Assembly (NCBI RefSeq): GCF_006345805.1
Contig: NC_043002.1
Span: 109,740,001-109,804,000 of the forward strand
Origin: Octopus sinensis
Lineage: Eukaryota
Length of the DNA stretch: 64,000 nt
Direction of reading: 5' to 3'
Each line of letters opens with the position of its first letter. The first letter of the stretch is position 1. The notes below the pieces were generated by a model. The model searched no databases, had not been told where the DNA came from, and was given only the letters and a program-made list of their open reading frames with translations. Shown here piece by piece: positions 51,190 to 63,386 of the stretch. The position numbers and the translations under genes were made by a program.

Positions 51190-51400
51190 TTAACCCTCCG
51201 CAAAAATCCCAAATTTTATTTAATTTGCTTTGCGGGAACGACTGTTTTAACGAAGTCGCGTCTTGTCCCAACCTTCGTAACGCGGAGTAGATAACATAGG
51301 GGACAACTGACGAAGGGAATGTTCTTTATGTTGCCTGCCTCGTTTCCCTATTTGTTTCTTTCGTTGTTCGAAAAAAATATTCGTTTTCCACGTTTTTATT
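51190..51400 (+). repeat. Diverged member of the repeat family at 53091-53612, carrying a hammerhead-like motif
   Basis: AAATCCCAAATTTTAT...GGGAACGACTGTTTT...GACAACTGACGAAGGG aligns with AAATCCAAAATTTTAT...GGGAGCAACTGTCTTT...GACAACTGATGAAGGG near 53397-53510. Confidence 0.75.
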
Positions 51401-51474
51401 TGTTTATGTTCTAGTTTTACATCTATATATATAGTTTTACATCTATCTATATATGCATGTATTTATACATATAT

Positions 51475-52511
51475 GTGTAGGAAAGAGTTGGATGAGTCTA
51501 AAGGTGATTACGAAGGTACAGCAGCCCCAAAAATTCATTCTGAGTGTTCTGATAAGAAAAGAACTCCTGAATTTGCTATTGCTTTCCAGACCATGATTGA
51601 CAACGATCCCTCCAAGTCAATCAGGTTCATCGATAGGGATATGGGAGTGTTAGAGTTTCTTATCAGGCAGGTAATGCATGAAGACATTTGGTATTCCTTT
51701 TTCAAGATGAGAAAGGACCAATTTTTATTCCTAGCCATCAATGGTTAGAGAAAAGACCACGTGATGAAGCTTTTGAACAAACTCAAGAATCCTTTCCAAC
51801 CGAACATATTTTGGCTTTTCTCAGACGAAGAAAATTTCTGTCAGGATCAAATGGTGTACACACAGAACAACAGTTGGCTTACTGTGTCCCCAAAACATGT
51901 ACCGAGAGTGATAAAAATGGAACATCCAGTCAGCATAATGGTGTTTAGAGTGATCACTAGTGATGGCGACGTTATGCCTCCATTCATCTTCCCACACGGC
52001 CTCAGACTCAACACGGTGAACTACATCAAGTACCTGGAGGGGCTAGTGCGGCCCTAGGTCAAGCGGGTGGCTGCTGGAAGACGTTATGTCTGGTAACAGG
52101 ACTCTGCACCATGTCACACAAGCAGGAGAACCCAGTCATGGCTGTCAGACAATTTCTGAAACCACGTCACCCCTAACGTCTAACCACCTGGTCCTCACAC
52201 TGCAATCCCCTTGATTATTATGTGTAGAGCACAGCTGAGCGAGAGACCGATTCCTTGTAACACCAAAAATGAACTGAAGGCAAGGATTATGGCAGCATTG
52301 ACCAACTTAAATAAGGAGACAGTCCAGAAGAGTTGGTGGAGATTCCGAAGTCGCCTGGAAGCTGTGGTTGAAGCCAATGATTTTAGTGAATAAATTTACT
52401 CTTTAGTATTTCAAGATATTTTTATGTAATTTTGGTAAATATATCTGTAAAAATGAGATGTCAGTATTATTATTTTTTTGCGTAATTTAGACGACAACTT
52501 ATTCACCGCAC

Positions 52512-52515
<4 letters not shown>
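51475..52515 (+). mobile_element. Tc1/mariner DD37D (maT-type) transposon relic with right TIR
   Basis: WLFSDEENF; *QDSAPCH...PP.SP.CNPLDYY with about 37 residues between the second and third Asp by hand count across stops and a frameshift; end ...TTATTCACCGCACCCTG. Confidence 0.8.
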
Positions 52516-52548
<33 letters not shown>

Positions 52549-53090
52549 ATAATAAATAATATATAATATAATATAATATAATATAATATAATATAATATA
52601 ATACAATACAATATAATATAATATAATATAATACAATATATTACGGTACGCATGTGTGTGTGTGTGAGTTTGTATATATATGTGTATATATTTGGCGAAA
52701 AATGCGAGTGAAGATGTGTACATTTTCATAGTGACGTATAAGTACGCACGTGGGTCCGCGAGCGCACATGTGAGCGTATGACTAGACTATGAAATTTTAA
52801 TCTTATTTTATATAAGTAGCAGAATTATAACACAGTAATTTCCCTTTATATAACGGTATTTTTTCATAGCGTTTTTTCAGATGGTCAGATAACCGAAGAG
52901 ATGGTGTTGTGGATTTCCACTTCGGCATCTGAAACTCAGAGTTTTATCTTGACTATTGAGTAATTGTAACATATTTTATAGATAATTTCCTCTATTTACA
53001 TATATTGAGGTCTCTTTCTTTCTTTTGTTTATTTTACCGTTTTTAACCAATATAATATATATATATATATAATATATATGTACATGCACA

Positions 53091-53612
53091 CATGCATATA
53101 TCAGTACAAGACGTCAACCAACGGCGCAAATAACATGAAATATGAAAACAACGAGAAAAAATGGAAAACAGGACAAGTTAACACAGAGAAAGGACCTCTC
53201 ATCAGGTGTCGGCTGTCTACCTGCTCCTCATTTCGAGCATTCAACGACAATATGAATCTTCAAATACATTTGCTCCCCCTCCCAGCATTCACTATTTTCC
53301 TCTCGTTCTGGTCTAACGATCCTCCATGTTTGCTTCCATTCGGTTTCCTTGTGTGTCTTCACTGTCTTTTTTTTTTGTTCCCAACTTTGACACTCCATAA
53401 ATCCAAAATTTTATGTTAGAATTTATGGGAGCAACTGTCTTTGACGTCTCATATTGTCGTTGAATGCTCGAAATGAGGAGTTGATAGACAGCCGACAACT
53501 GATGAAGGGTCCTTTCTCTGTGGTAACTTGTCTTGTTTTCCATTTTCTCTCGTTGTTTACGTATTTCATGTTATTTGCACCGTTGGTGACATCCTGTACC
53601 CAAATATGCATG
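53091..53612. repeat. Inverted repeat pair (~187-bp arms, 149-bp spacer) between TA microsatellites
   Basis: 53091-53277 is the diverged reverse complement of 53427-53612; also visible as paralogous ORFs 53078+ and 53423- in the track. Confidence 0.9.
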
Positions 53613-53666
53613 CATATATATTATATTATTTATCATTTAATTGAACACGACGCATCCATTTCCAAG

Positions 53667-53704
<38 letters not shown>

Positions 53705-54254
53705 TATATACACATACACACACATGTATGCATACGTACATATATATATATATAACTATATGTATTATATATATGTCTATAACTATAGAAATGTTGTTTT
53801 TGTTGTCGTTCATTATTTCTACAAAGTTTTCGTTTTTTTTTTATTTCGTATTGTTCAAATTTCTTTTCTCGTCTTTCTCTATTTTTTCCTTGTTTTTCTT
53901 TCGTAAAGAAATTTATTTCAGATTTTAGAATTCCTTCGTTTTTTTCCTTTTGTTTTCTTCTTTCATTCATTCCCCCTCCGCTGCTGGCCTATTTCTTTCT
54001 TTCCCCCCACCCTTTTATTTAATTTCTTTCTCATTGTCCTTATCGTCTGCTTGTTTTGAGACAGTCATGGTGTTACTGTTGCTGATGTTCTTGTTGTTGG
54101 GGTAGTGATGGTAGTAGTAGAGGTGATAGTGAGGGAAATTCTGCTCATTTTTTCACTTGTCAGGCCTCAAATTTATGGTGGTTTAGTAAAAGAGTTCACA
54201 GTTCATTCCCTACTCAAACAAGCCATTGACTACGTCAGATAAACCAATTATTAT

Positions 54255-54800
54255 TTCTACTCTAGGCACATTGCCATGAAAATTTCTTTGGGGAAGGGGC
54301 TAGTCGATTAGATCGACCCCAGTGCGTAACTGGTACTTAATCTATCGACAATCAAAAGGATGAAAAGCAAAGTCGACCTCGGCAGAATTTGAACTTAGAA
54401 CGTAACGGCAGACGAAGTACCTATTTCTTTACTACCCACAAGGGTTAAACACAGTGAGGACAAACAAGGACAGACAAACGGATTAACTCGATTATATCGA
54501 CCCCAATGCGTAACTGGTACTTATTTAATCGACCCCGAAAGGATGAAAGGCAAAGTCGACCTCGGTGGAATTTGAATTCAGAACGTAGCAGCAGTCGAAA
54601 TACCGCTGAGCATTTCGCCCGGCGTGCTAATTCTGCTAGCTCGCTGCCCTAATGATAATAATAATCCTTTCTATTCTAGGCACAAAGGCTGAAATTTGTT
54701 GGAAGAGGACTAATCGATTACATCGACCCCAGTACTCAACTGGTACTTAATTTATCGACCCCGATAGGATGAAAGGCAAAATCGACCATAAAAACGAGCG
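54255..54800 (-). mobile_element. SINE family A multimer and fragments (three bodies)
   Basis: Bodies near 54255-54420, 54420-54650 and 54668-54790. Confidence 0.85.
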
Positions 54801-54879
54801 AAATGACGCTAAGCATTTTGGCCGAATGTTCTAACTATTCTTCCAACTCGCTAATCGAAAATTGAAACGGCCGGAGTCT

Positions 54880-56220
54880 TGGTCAGCTTAACAAAAGTAA
54901 AGAACAAAGACTATGCCGGTGGTACTGAATGTAACGATCCCCGCCGAAAGCTGTATCTTCCGACAGCCGTTTACGCCCGGACAAGAGCAGAGCTACTAGA
55001 CTTTCGAAGTCTTCTAAAACCCTTCCTAGGAACGTTCGACTCTTTAGTGCTTGTGGAAGATTAGAACAGCATTTTGAGTGAACAGGAGGAACTGTGTGGA
55101 GCTGTCGATGGAATAGGCCGGCGCATAAGCATCACGAATATGCTTAAAAAGTTCCAGTATCTGCTGGCAAAATGTCCACCAGGGCCTATTTTTCGAATGA
55201 GTCTATGCAGACGATGACAAACCGCATCAAGTCTTCCACATCGTTTCTAGAGTCTGGAAGCACTCCGTCGGTTACGACGACGAGGGTTCCGGTTGATCCG
55301 ATCAACGGAACAGCCTGCTCGAGAAATTAACGTGTAAGTGGCTGAGCACTCCACAGACACGTGTACCCTTAACGTAGTTCTCGGGGATATTCAGCGTGAC
55401 ACAGAGAGTGACAAGGCCGGCCCTTTGAAATACAGGTACAACAGAAACAGGAAGTAAGAGTGAGAGAAAGAGTGTTGAAAGAGTACAACAGGGATCACCA
55501 CCCCCTGCCGGAGCCTCGTGGAGCTTTTAGGTGTTTTCGCTCAATAAACACTCACAACGCCCGGTCTGGGAATCGAAACCGCGATCCTACGACCGCGAGT
55601 CCGCTACCCTAACCACTGGGCCATTGCGCCTCCACCGTTTCTAGAGTATTCTCTTCAACAGTAGCCAGGTATAAGTTGCTGAGATTTCGAACTCGTTGTT
55701 AAAGCAGCCAGCAAATTTATGATGTTTACGGTTCACCCAGGCAGGATTCAAAGGACGGCAACGGGTTATTGGAAGCTGAATGCTTCTTTTCCGACGCGCA
55801 AACCTTACTGAGGCCAGACCAGTGAATTAGTTAAGCGATTAGCGTACCACCAATAAGGTTTAATAAGGAAAGTGTGATGGAGAAAACTAGATTAGAGGGA
55901 ATCCTTGTTAGAAACTTAGAAGAAGCGTTTATAAAAGGCACCGAGATCGACGTAATTGGGGTGAAATTAACCAGCAACCAGTTCTTCAACGCGAGAGACG
56001 AAAGATACCTTGTCTCCAAGACACGAAGGAACAAAAGCAGTTCGGTGAACTCACGTGGAAGAAGCGTAACGTGGCAACAAAGTCATGATTCGTGCAGTTC
56101 CATTTCAAGAACAATGGCGATGTCTGCAGTTTTACAGTAGCTTTTTGCAAGACTGTTCAGGATATGTGAAGGATCGGATTTCAAGATGGCCTTGGTTTGA
56201 CCACCTAAAGCGGACAGAGG
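54880..56220 (+). pseudogene. L1/Tx1-like LINE relic (APE endonuclease region)
   Basis: AVYARTRAELLDFRSLLKPFL...LVLVED*NSIL (VYAP...GDWN-like) and GYWKLNAS; interrupted by a SINE. Confidence 0.65.
55254..55635 (-). mobile_element. SINE family C with 12-bp TSD
   Basis: CGTTTCTAGAGT at 55242-55253 and 55636-55647. Confidence 0.95.
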
Positions 56221-56345
56221 TTTCACTCTTTTGGGGCAATCTTTTTTGTATTGAATATTTTTTATATTCTTGTATATGCGTTCCTCATATAATTCCACAT
56301 CCTATTGTCCATGACGTTCTGGTCGACCCGTTATGTTTAATAAAA

Positions 56346-56615
56346 AAACCCTTATAATAATAATAATAATAATAAAAATAAAAATAATGATAAGAAGAAG
56401 AAGAAGAAATAAAAGAAGAAAAAGACAAAGAAGAAAAAAATTTAAGAAAAAAAGACAAAGAAGAAGAAGAAGAAGAAGAAGAAGAAGAAGAAGAAGAAGA
56501 AGAAGAAGAAGAAGAAGAAGAAGAAGAAGAAGAAGAAGAAGAAGAGAAGAAGAAGAAGAGAAGAAGAAGAAGAAGAAGAAGAAGAAGAAGAAGAAGAAGA
56601 AGAAGAAGAAGAAGA
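56346..56615. repeat. (TAA)n/(GAA)n microsatellite
   Basis: Direct inspection. Confidence 0.95.
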
Positions 56616-57349
56616 AATATATATTTAAATAAAACACAATAGTTATAACAAAATATGATTTAAACAATGAATTCCTGCTTGCATTTCTTTAAAACAGGTC
56701 CACCCAAAGGCACCCGTAAATATATTTTGTGTTGGCCATTTAAAAAAACAAAACAAAAGGTTCTAACATCATTTGGGTGTTTCTGTTGAATTCTTCTTCG
56801 GTAAATTATTAATATGACTTCTCTACTGTTTGCCTCTTCAATGTACTTCGGCTCCATCCCTTCCTCCTCAGGCGGCACATTTTCATCTTCATCAGTTTTG
56901 ACGCCTTGATGTCATTCGATCTGAGGACCATCAACTTTAAGCCATTCCATTGAACTGAATCGTCCCTCACCAACCTTCTGTTTCTTTGTTCTAGTTTCTT
57001 TCTCTCAGCAACAACCTACCATTCCTCTGCAGTCTCCCTCCTGTGTCACCGGCACAAATTAATCAGACATTATCACCGAGAGTCAGGTTTCGGTATCGTT
57101 CGCTCCTGGGACCGAGGCAAGAGGCGATCTCCTCGACCCATTTCCAGACACTTGTTTTTCAGAAGTTCTTTATCAAATGCGAAATTTGCGAAGCTGAATG
57201 TTGCTGTTATTGTTAAGTGATTGGTCAAAATTGTTCTCATTCGTATCAAACACTGCGGAAACATCGTTCTTGTTTTTGTTTCAAAATGTTCTTCTCTTGC
57301 CCATTTTTTGTTTCTGCGCAGCTGTCAAGGCTTTTGTTGGAGGCGCCTG

Positions 57350-57766
57350 TAGGCGCAGGAGTGGCTGTGTGGTAAGTAGCTTGCTAACCAACTACATAGT
57401 TCCGAGTTCAGTCCCACTGCGTGGTATCTTGGGCAAGTGTCTTCTGCTATAGCCCCGGGCCGACCAATGCCTTGTGAGTGGATTTGGTAGACGGAAACTG
57501 AAAGAAGCCTGTCGTATATATGTATATATATATGCGCGTGTATGTGTTTGTGTCTGTGTTTGTCCCCCTAGCATTGCTTGACAACCGATGCTGGTGTGTC
57601 TACGTTCCCGTCACTTAGCGGTTCGGCAAAAGATACCGATACCGATAGAATAAGTACTGGGCTTACAAAGAATAAGTCCCGGGGTCGATTTGCTCGACTA
57701 AAAAAAGGCGGTGCTCCAGCATGGGCGCAGTCAAATGACTGAAACAAGTAAAAGAGTAAAAGAGTA
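57350..57766 (+). mobile_element. SINE family B, full length
   Basis: Complete head, body and tail. Confidence 0.95.
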
Positions 57767-57979
57767 ACAAAAAGAATAGAAATGCTGCCGAAGTTTGGCA
57801 AAAAATTGAACAAATTGCTGAGATTCGCTTGAAATAAGCCGAACGAATTAATCCAGAATAAGTCAATATAAATTTATAAGGTTAATATATATTCATGCTC
57901 CCGATGCATGTTTTTATTTTGTTAAGTTACATTTAGAATGTCAGTTTATATTTATATTTTCTCAATATGTATTAATTAT

Positions 57980-58195
57980 AGGGTGGCGAGCTGGCAGAAT
58001 CGTTAGCACGCCGGACAAAATGCTTAGCGGCATTTCGTCCATCTTTACATTCGGTGTTCAAATTCTACCGCAGTCGACTTCGCCTTTCATCCTCCCAGTG
58101 TCGATAAAGTAAGTACCAGTTGAACTTATCCCCGTCCTCGAAATTGCTGGCCTTGTGTCAAAATTTGAAACCAATATTTATAATGTCAATATATT
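57980..58195 (+). mobile_element. SINE family A variant with alternative tail
   Basis: Head GGGTGGCGAGCTGGCAGAA; tail AAATTGCTGGCCTTGTGTCAAAATTTGAAACCA as at 188-222. Confidence 0.8.
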
Positions 58196-58214
58196 GTTTA
58201 TAATGATATATCGT

Positions 58215-58580
58215 GGCACTTCGTCGGTTGCAACGGCGAGGGTTTCAGTTGATCCGATCAACGGAACAGCCTGCTCGTGAAATTAACGTGCAAGTGGCTG
58301 AGCACTCCACAGACACGTGAACCCTTAACATTGTTCTTGGGGAGATTCAGCGTGACACAGTGTGAGAAGACTGGCTCTTCAAAATGCAGGTACAGCAGGA
58401 ACAGGAAGAAAGAGTGAGAGAAAGAGTACAGCAGGGATCGTCACCACCCTCTGTCAAAGCCACGTGGAGAGCTTTAGGTGTTTTTGCTCAATAAACACTC
58501 ACAACGTCCAGTCTTGGAATCGAAACTACAATCCTATTACCGCGAGTCCACTGCCCTAACCGCTGGGCCATTGCATCTCC
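58215..58580 (-). mobile_element. SINE family C, diverged
   Basis: GCACTTCGTCGGTTG...CCATTGCATCTCCAC. Confidence 0.85.
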
Positions 58581-58629
58581 ACTTTAATGATATATGGTTA
58601 TACTTTCTCTATATGTCTCTAAATATCAA

Positions 58630-58745
58630 CAGAGCGGCAGATTTGGCGCGGCTCCTTGGGCAAGTGCCCTCTACTATAGTCTCGGGCTGACCAAAGCCTT
58701 GTGAGTGGATTTGGTAGACGGAAACTGAAAGAAGCCCGTCGTATA

Positions 58746-58787
<42 letters not shown>

Positions 58788-58950
58788 TGTGTGTGTGTTT
58801 GTCCCCCGCCAACATCGCTTGACAACCGATGCTGGTGTGTTAACGACCGATAGAGTAAGTACTAGGCTTAGAAAGAATAAGTTCTGGGGTCGATTTGTTC
58901 GACTAAAGGCGGTGCTCCAGCATAGCCGCTGTCAAATGACTGAAACGAAT
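58630..58950 (+). mobile_element. SINE family B, diverged head
   Basis: CCTTGGGCAAGTG...GTCAAATGACTGAAAC. Confidence 0.85.
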
Positions 58951-58951
58951 A

Positions 58952-58999
<48 letters not shown>

Positions 59000-59107
59000 G
59001 CATATTATTCATATGTGTGTGTGTAATATATACATACACAATGAACAGATATGTGTAGCTATAAACACACACGTTTTACCTCACACAAACTCACACACAC
59101 ACATACA

Positions 59108-59146
<39 letters not shown>

Positions 59147-60216
59147 ATACACACACATACACACACACACATACACACACATACACACACACACACACAT
59201 ACACCACACACACACATACACACACACACACTGGCATATACTACAAATGCACAGAAACACATCTACGTTGTTATTCTCAAGCAGATATAGTTTCACTTCG
59301 CCCCGTCGCCACTGCCACCACTACCACCACCACCGCCGCCACAACCACCACCACCACCACCGCCGCCACAACCACCACCGTCATCGCCACCTCCGTCGCC
59401 ATTGCAACTGTCATTCATAACAACACTTCCTTCTCACTAACAACACCACTGCTATTCACAGAAGTCCTCCCACCAATACCAACAACTCTCTCTCATTTCC
59501 TTCACCTCCCACCACCACCACCACCACTAATATCCCACCGTTCGCAGCAAAACTCTCACTCCCACCATCAATATCTTTCGAAACGGTAGCTCCCCCGCCC
59601 TCCCCACCACCACCATCACCACCACCAATCTCACCATTCACTACTATTCTCACCTCCCCTCTATATCCACTACCATGTACAACAGTCGTCTTCCCAACGC
59701 CACCACCACCACCACCACCATAGCCAATTGAAGCGCAAGTAGCCCCCCCTCCCCCGTATTATCACTACCACTACCTTTCATAGCGCTACGCCCCCCCCCC
59801 ACGAGCCAGTGTTATTTGCTTCTCTTTAACAAATATATTTGACATAACAGAACAATGTACTTTAACCTGGAAACACATTTCCAATATGCAGAAATTCCAC
59901 AACCACCACCACCATCGTCAAGACGGGGGCACTTGTTCGCACAGTTTGTTCAGAACAATCCAAACCTTCTTCAGCCCTGCCCCTATCATTATTAAAAAGA
60001 ACGCATTCGATAACGTTATCTTAAATGGACGGGTCACGTCTGGAAAATCTTTTGATCAGAGGTTTGCTTAAGGAGTTCAGTAACACCAATACTATTAATC
60101 TCCTAATCTCGTGGTTTTGGTTGCATAACTTGTCTAAGCTTTTGTCTCTATAAGAAACGATGGTTAAGACTATTGCTGAGTGTCTATGGGCGATGTTAAT
60201 TCTGTTATGAGGGATG

Positions 60217-60602
60217 GGGAAGCACTCCGTCGGTTACGACGATGAGGGTTCCGGTTGATCCGAATCAACGGAACAGCCTGCTCGTGAAATTAACGTGTAA
60301 GTGGCTGAGCACTCCACAGACACGTGCACCCTTAACGTAGTTCTCGGGGATATTCAGCGTGACACAGAGAGTGACAAGGCCGGCCCTTTGAAATACAGGT
60401 ACAACAGAAACAGGAAGTAAGAGTGAGAGAAAGTTGTGGTGAAAGAGTACAGCAGGGATCACCACCATCCCCTGCCGGAGCCTCGTGGAGCTTTAGGTGT
60501 TTTCGCTCAATAAACACTCACAACGCCCGGTCTGGGAATCGAAACCGCGATCCTATAACCGCGAGTCCGCTGCCCTAACCACTGGGCCATTGCGCCTCCC
60601 TG
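60217..60602 (-). mobile_element. SINE family C with 9-bp TSD
   Basis: TGAGGGATG at 60208-60216 and 60603-60611. Confidence 0.9.
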
Positions 60603-61101
60603 TGAGGGATGATGCCGTTTACGAACTATAAAAGACTGTTGTATAAAAAGTGATATGAGTATTTGTGTTGTCGTTGCAGTTGTTGGTGCTGACGTACTCC
60701 AAATACTCAAACACTCGAATGTTACGGTTGCTGTCGCTGCTGCTGTTGCTGCTACTGCTACTGTTGCTGCTGCTGCTGCTCCTCGCACAGATATCTTAGA
60801 TGGCGCCCAAAGAAAGGCCGCAACCTCGGATCTATGAAACTCGCTGTCTTCTCTCTACAGTTTTCTTTATACTTCAAGGGTGGCATGTCTCGTGCCACTT
60901 CCACCCAAGTTTTACCAAATCCCCGACTTCTCCTCCTCCTCTTCCTCCTCCTCCTCTCATCCCCCATTTTGTGTCCCTCCCACACACACTTTCTACTAAT
61001 TCCAGTCCTTCCTTCCCACAACAGTATCTTTCTGAAATTTCCTTCTCCCTACATCTCTCTTTTCTGCTGTAGTCGACTGTCAAACGTAAAAGCAGAATGC
61101 T

Positions 61102-61552
61102 ACGGGCGAAATGCGTGGCCGTATTTCGTCTGCTGTTACGTTCTGAGTTCAAATTCCGCCGAGGTCGACTTTGCCTTTCATCCTTTCGGGGTCGATAAAT
61201 TAAGTACCAGTCGATGTAATCGACTTGATCCGTTTGTCTGTCCTTGTCTGTCCCATCTATGTTTAGCCCCTTGTGGGCAGTATAGAAATAGGTATCTCTG
61301 CAAGCGATACCTCTGCAAGGCGGCGAGCTGGCAGAGTCGTTAGCACACCGGGCGAAATGCTAAGCGGTATTTCGTCTGCGTTACGTTGTGAGTTCAAATT
61401 CCGCCGAGGTCGACTTTGCCTTTCATCCTTTCGGGGTCGATTAATTAAGTACCAGTTACGCACTGGGGTCGATATAATCGACTTAATCCATTTGTCTGTC
61501 CTTGTTTGTCCTCTCTGTGTTTAGCCCCTTGTGGGTAGTAAAGAAATAGGTA
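61102..61552 (+). mobile_element. Tandem pair of SINE family A
   Basis: Two bodies; CTCTGCAAG at 61296, 61311 and 61554. Confidence 0.9.
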
Positions 61553-61707
61553 TCTCTGCAAGCAAGTATGGAAGCCCTGTCAAGGCCGTGACCATCGTCT
61601 CTTCCTTCCAGACCGAACAGGTAAAAACAAAAGAAAACAAATGAAAAACCCTATCATTTCATCAGCTTTCTATTGGTGTTCCACAAGGCTCCATGCTAGC
61701 ACTCGCC

Positions 61708-63132
61708 CGGATCTTTTCCATTTCAATCACAGATATTTTAATTAATTTTTTTAAAAAACTAAACTGTTTGAAACTTCGAATACTGGTAGAATTTCTCACA
61801 TAGAACACGGTTTACTCTGAACATTTTTGACAAAATTTCCTATTTTAGAAGTTACTAGCAGTATCGCCCGGCGTTGCTCGGGTCTGTAAGGGAAATAACT
61901 ATATAAGCATTTTTAGAGAGTTACTTCCCTTATAGATGCCAATTCGGGCTTTCTTAGCCATTTCTGTTTTGGTGTCTTCAAGCCATGAAGTCGTTGTTCT
62001 AAAAGAACGCTGGTCTCCTTGACAACGCTTTACGACGTTGATTTCTTACACTCCTTCCCCACAGCTTCACGAGGAGGGAAGAAGGGGGAAGAAGCAAACA
62101 CAGGTGCAGGTGTAACCATGGACGCCAACTCCGCCGCCATCGACACACGAAAAGTTTGCATTAAAATGGAATAAAAAATTATGTTAAATTATTTTTAACG
62201 TTAATACCCAGAAGGGCTCGATATTAATCACGACTATAAGATACCCGAATTTGGTTAAACTGCACCGCAAAATGTGGGAGGAGTTAGGAATCTAAATCGT
62301 AGGAGACAGACACTCACACAACTACAGTTTTATATATATAGATTTTGTGTTAAAGTCGTATTTGGGTAATTTCAACCAATCAACGATGTGTATTCGGTTG
62401 AGGAAAGCTACTGCTGTGTGCGATAGTAATCAAAGTGGAACAACTTCCGGGTCATCTTTACTAAATGTCATCACTCTGTTCTATCCGTACGGCGAGTGAA
62501 GACGATGTCACCCTTATCCTTTCTTCCTTTCTAGTCATCACCGGGCATTCCTTCTCTACTATCAACTAGCAACCAGCGAGGGAACTTGTCACCGCCACTA
62601 CAATTACTGTATTTTCCGGTGTAGAAGCCGCTATTTGTTTTGTTTTACCTTCATGTTTTGATAATGCTTTCGTTTATCTAATAAAGACTTTTATACTGAC
62701 AAAATGTGTTTGTTGTTGATTATAGTAAGATAAACTCATGACAACAGCAATACATCTCAAAGTTGTAAAATAAGGCATTTTGAAACTACATATACGTCAA
62801 CAACAAAAAAGCTAGCTGCGAATTCGTTGCTCTGTGGATCTTTGGACAGAGTGGTGACATTTAGTTGAGATGAACCAGAAGCTGTTCCTCTTCGATTACT
62901 ATCGTAAACAGCAGTAGCTTCCTTCAACCGAATACACGTCATTGATTGGTTGAAATTACCCAAATACGACAAGTTTAACACGAAATAACTTCTAAAATAC
63001 GAAATTTTGTCAAAAACGTTCAGAGTAAATCGTGTTCTACGTTAGAAAATTCTACCAGTATTCGAAGTTTCAAACTGTTTAGTTTTTTAAAAAATTAATT
63101 AAAATAACTGTTACTGAAATGGAATAGATCCG
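61708..63132. mobile_element. Non-autonomous DNA element with ~265-bp TIRs; left TIR interrupted by a Helitron
   Basis: 61708-61854 plus 62343-62456 is the reverse complement of 62869-63132; termini CGGATC...GATCCG; flanks CACTCGCC and CACTCCCT may be a decayed 8-bp TSD. Confidence 0.85.
61855..62342 (-). mobile_element. Non-autonomous Helitron, long subtype
   Basis: Reverse complement of TC...CTAG with hairpin; homologous to 29003-29505. Confidence 0.9.
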
Positions 63133-63317
63133 CACTCCCTTTATTATCTCGACGAGTGTCACCTCCACCGGTTCAAATTATTTAAGTTTGATATGCGGTT
63201 GGCCCATCATTGATTTCCTTTTGCACGCCTTAAGACCTAAAGAGACAAAGTACAAACAATAAGCCCATCTCGTACTTTTAGACCTATCAAGTTCACTAAC
63301 AAAAAATAGGCTCTCTT

Positions 63318-63386
63318 TCTTTCTTTTACTCTTTACTCTTTTACTTGTTTCAGTCATTTGACTGCGGCCATGCTGGAGCACCGCCT
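63318..63386 (-). mobile_element. SINE family B tail fragment
   Basis: (TACTCTTT)n-ACTTGTTTCAGTCATTTGACTGCGGCCATGCTGGAGCACCGCC. Confidence 0.85.

Noticed and set aside
56650-57340. Possible transposase N-terminus on the minus strand (acidic stretch)
   Set aside because: No diagnostic motif recognised; many stops.
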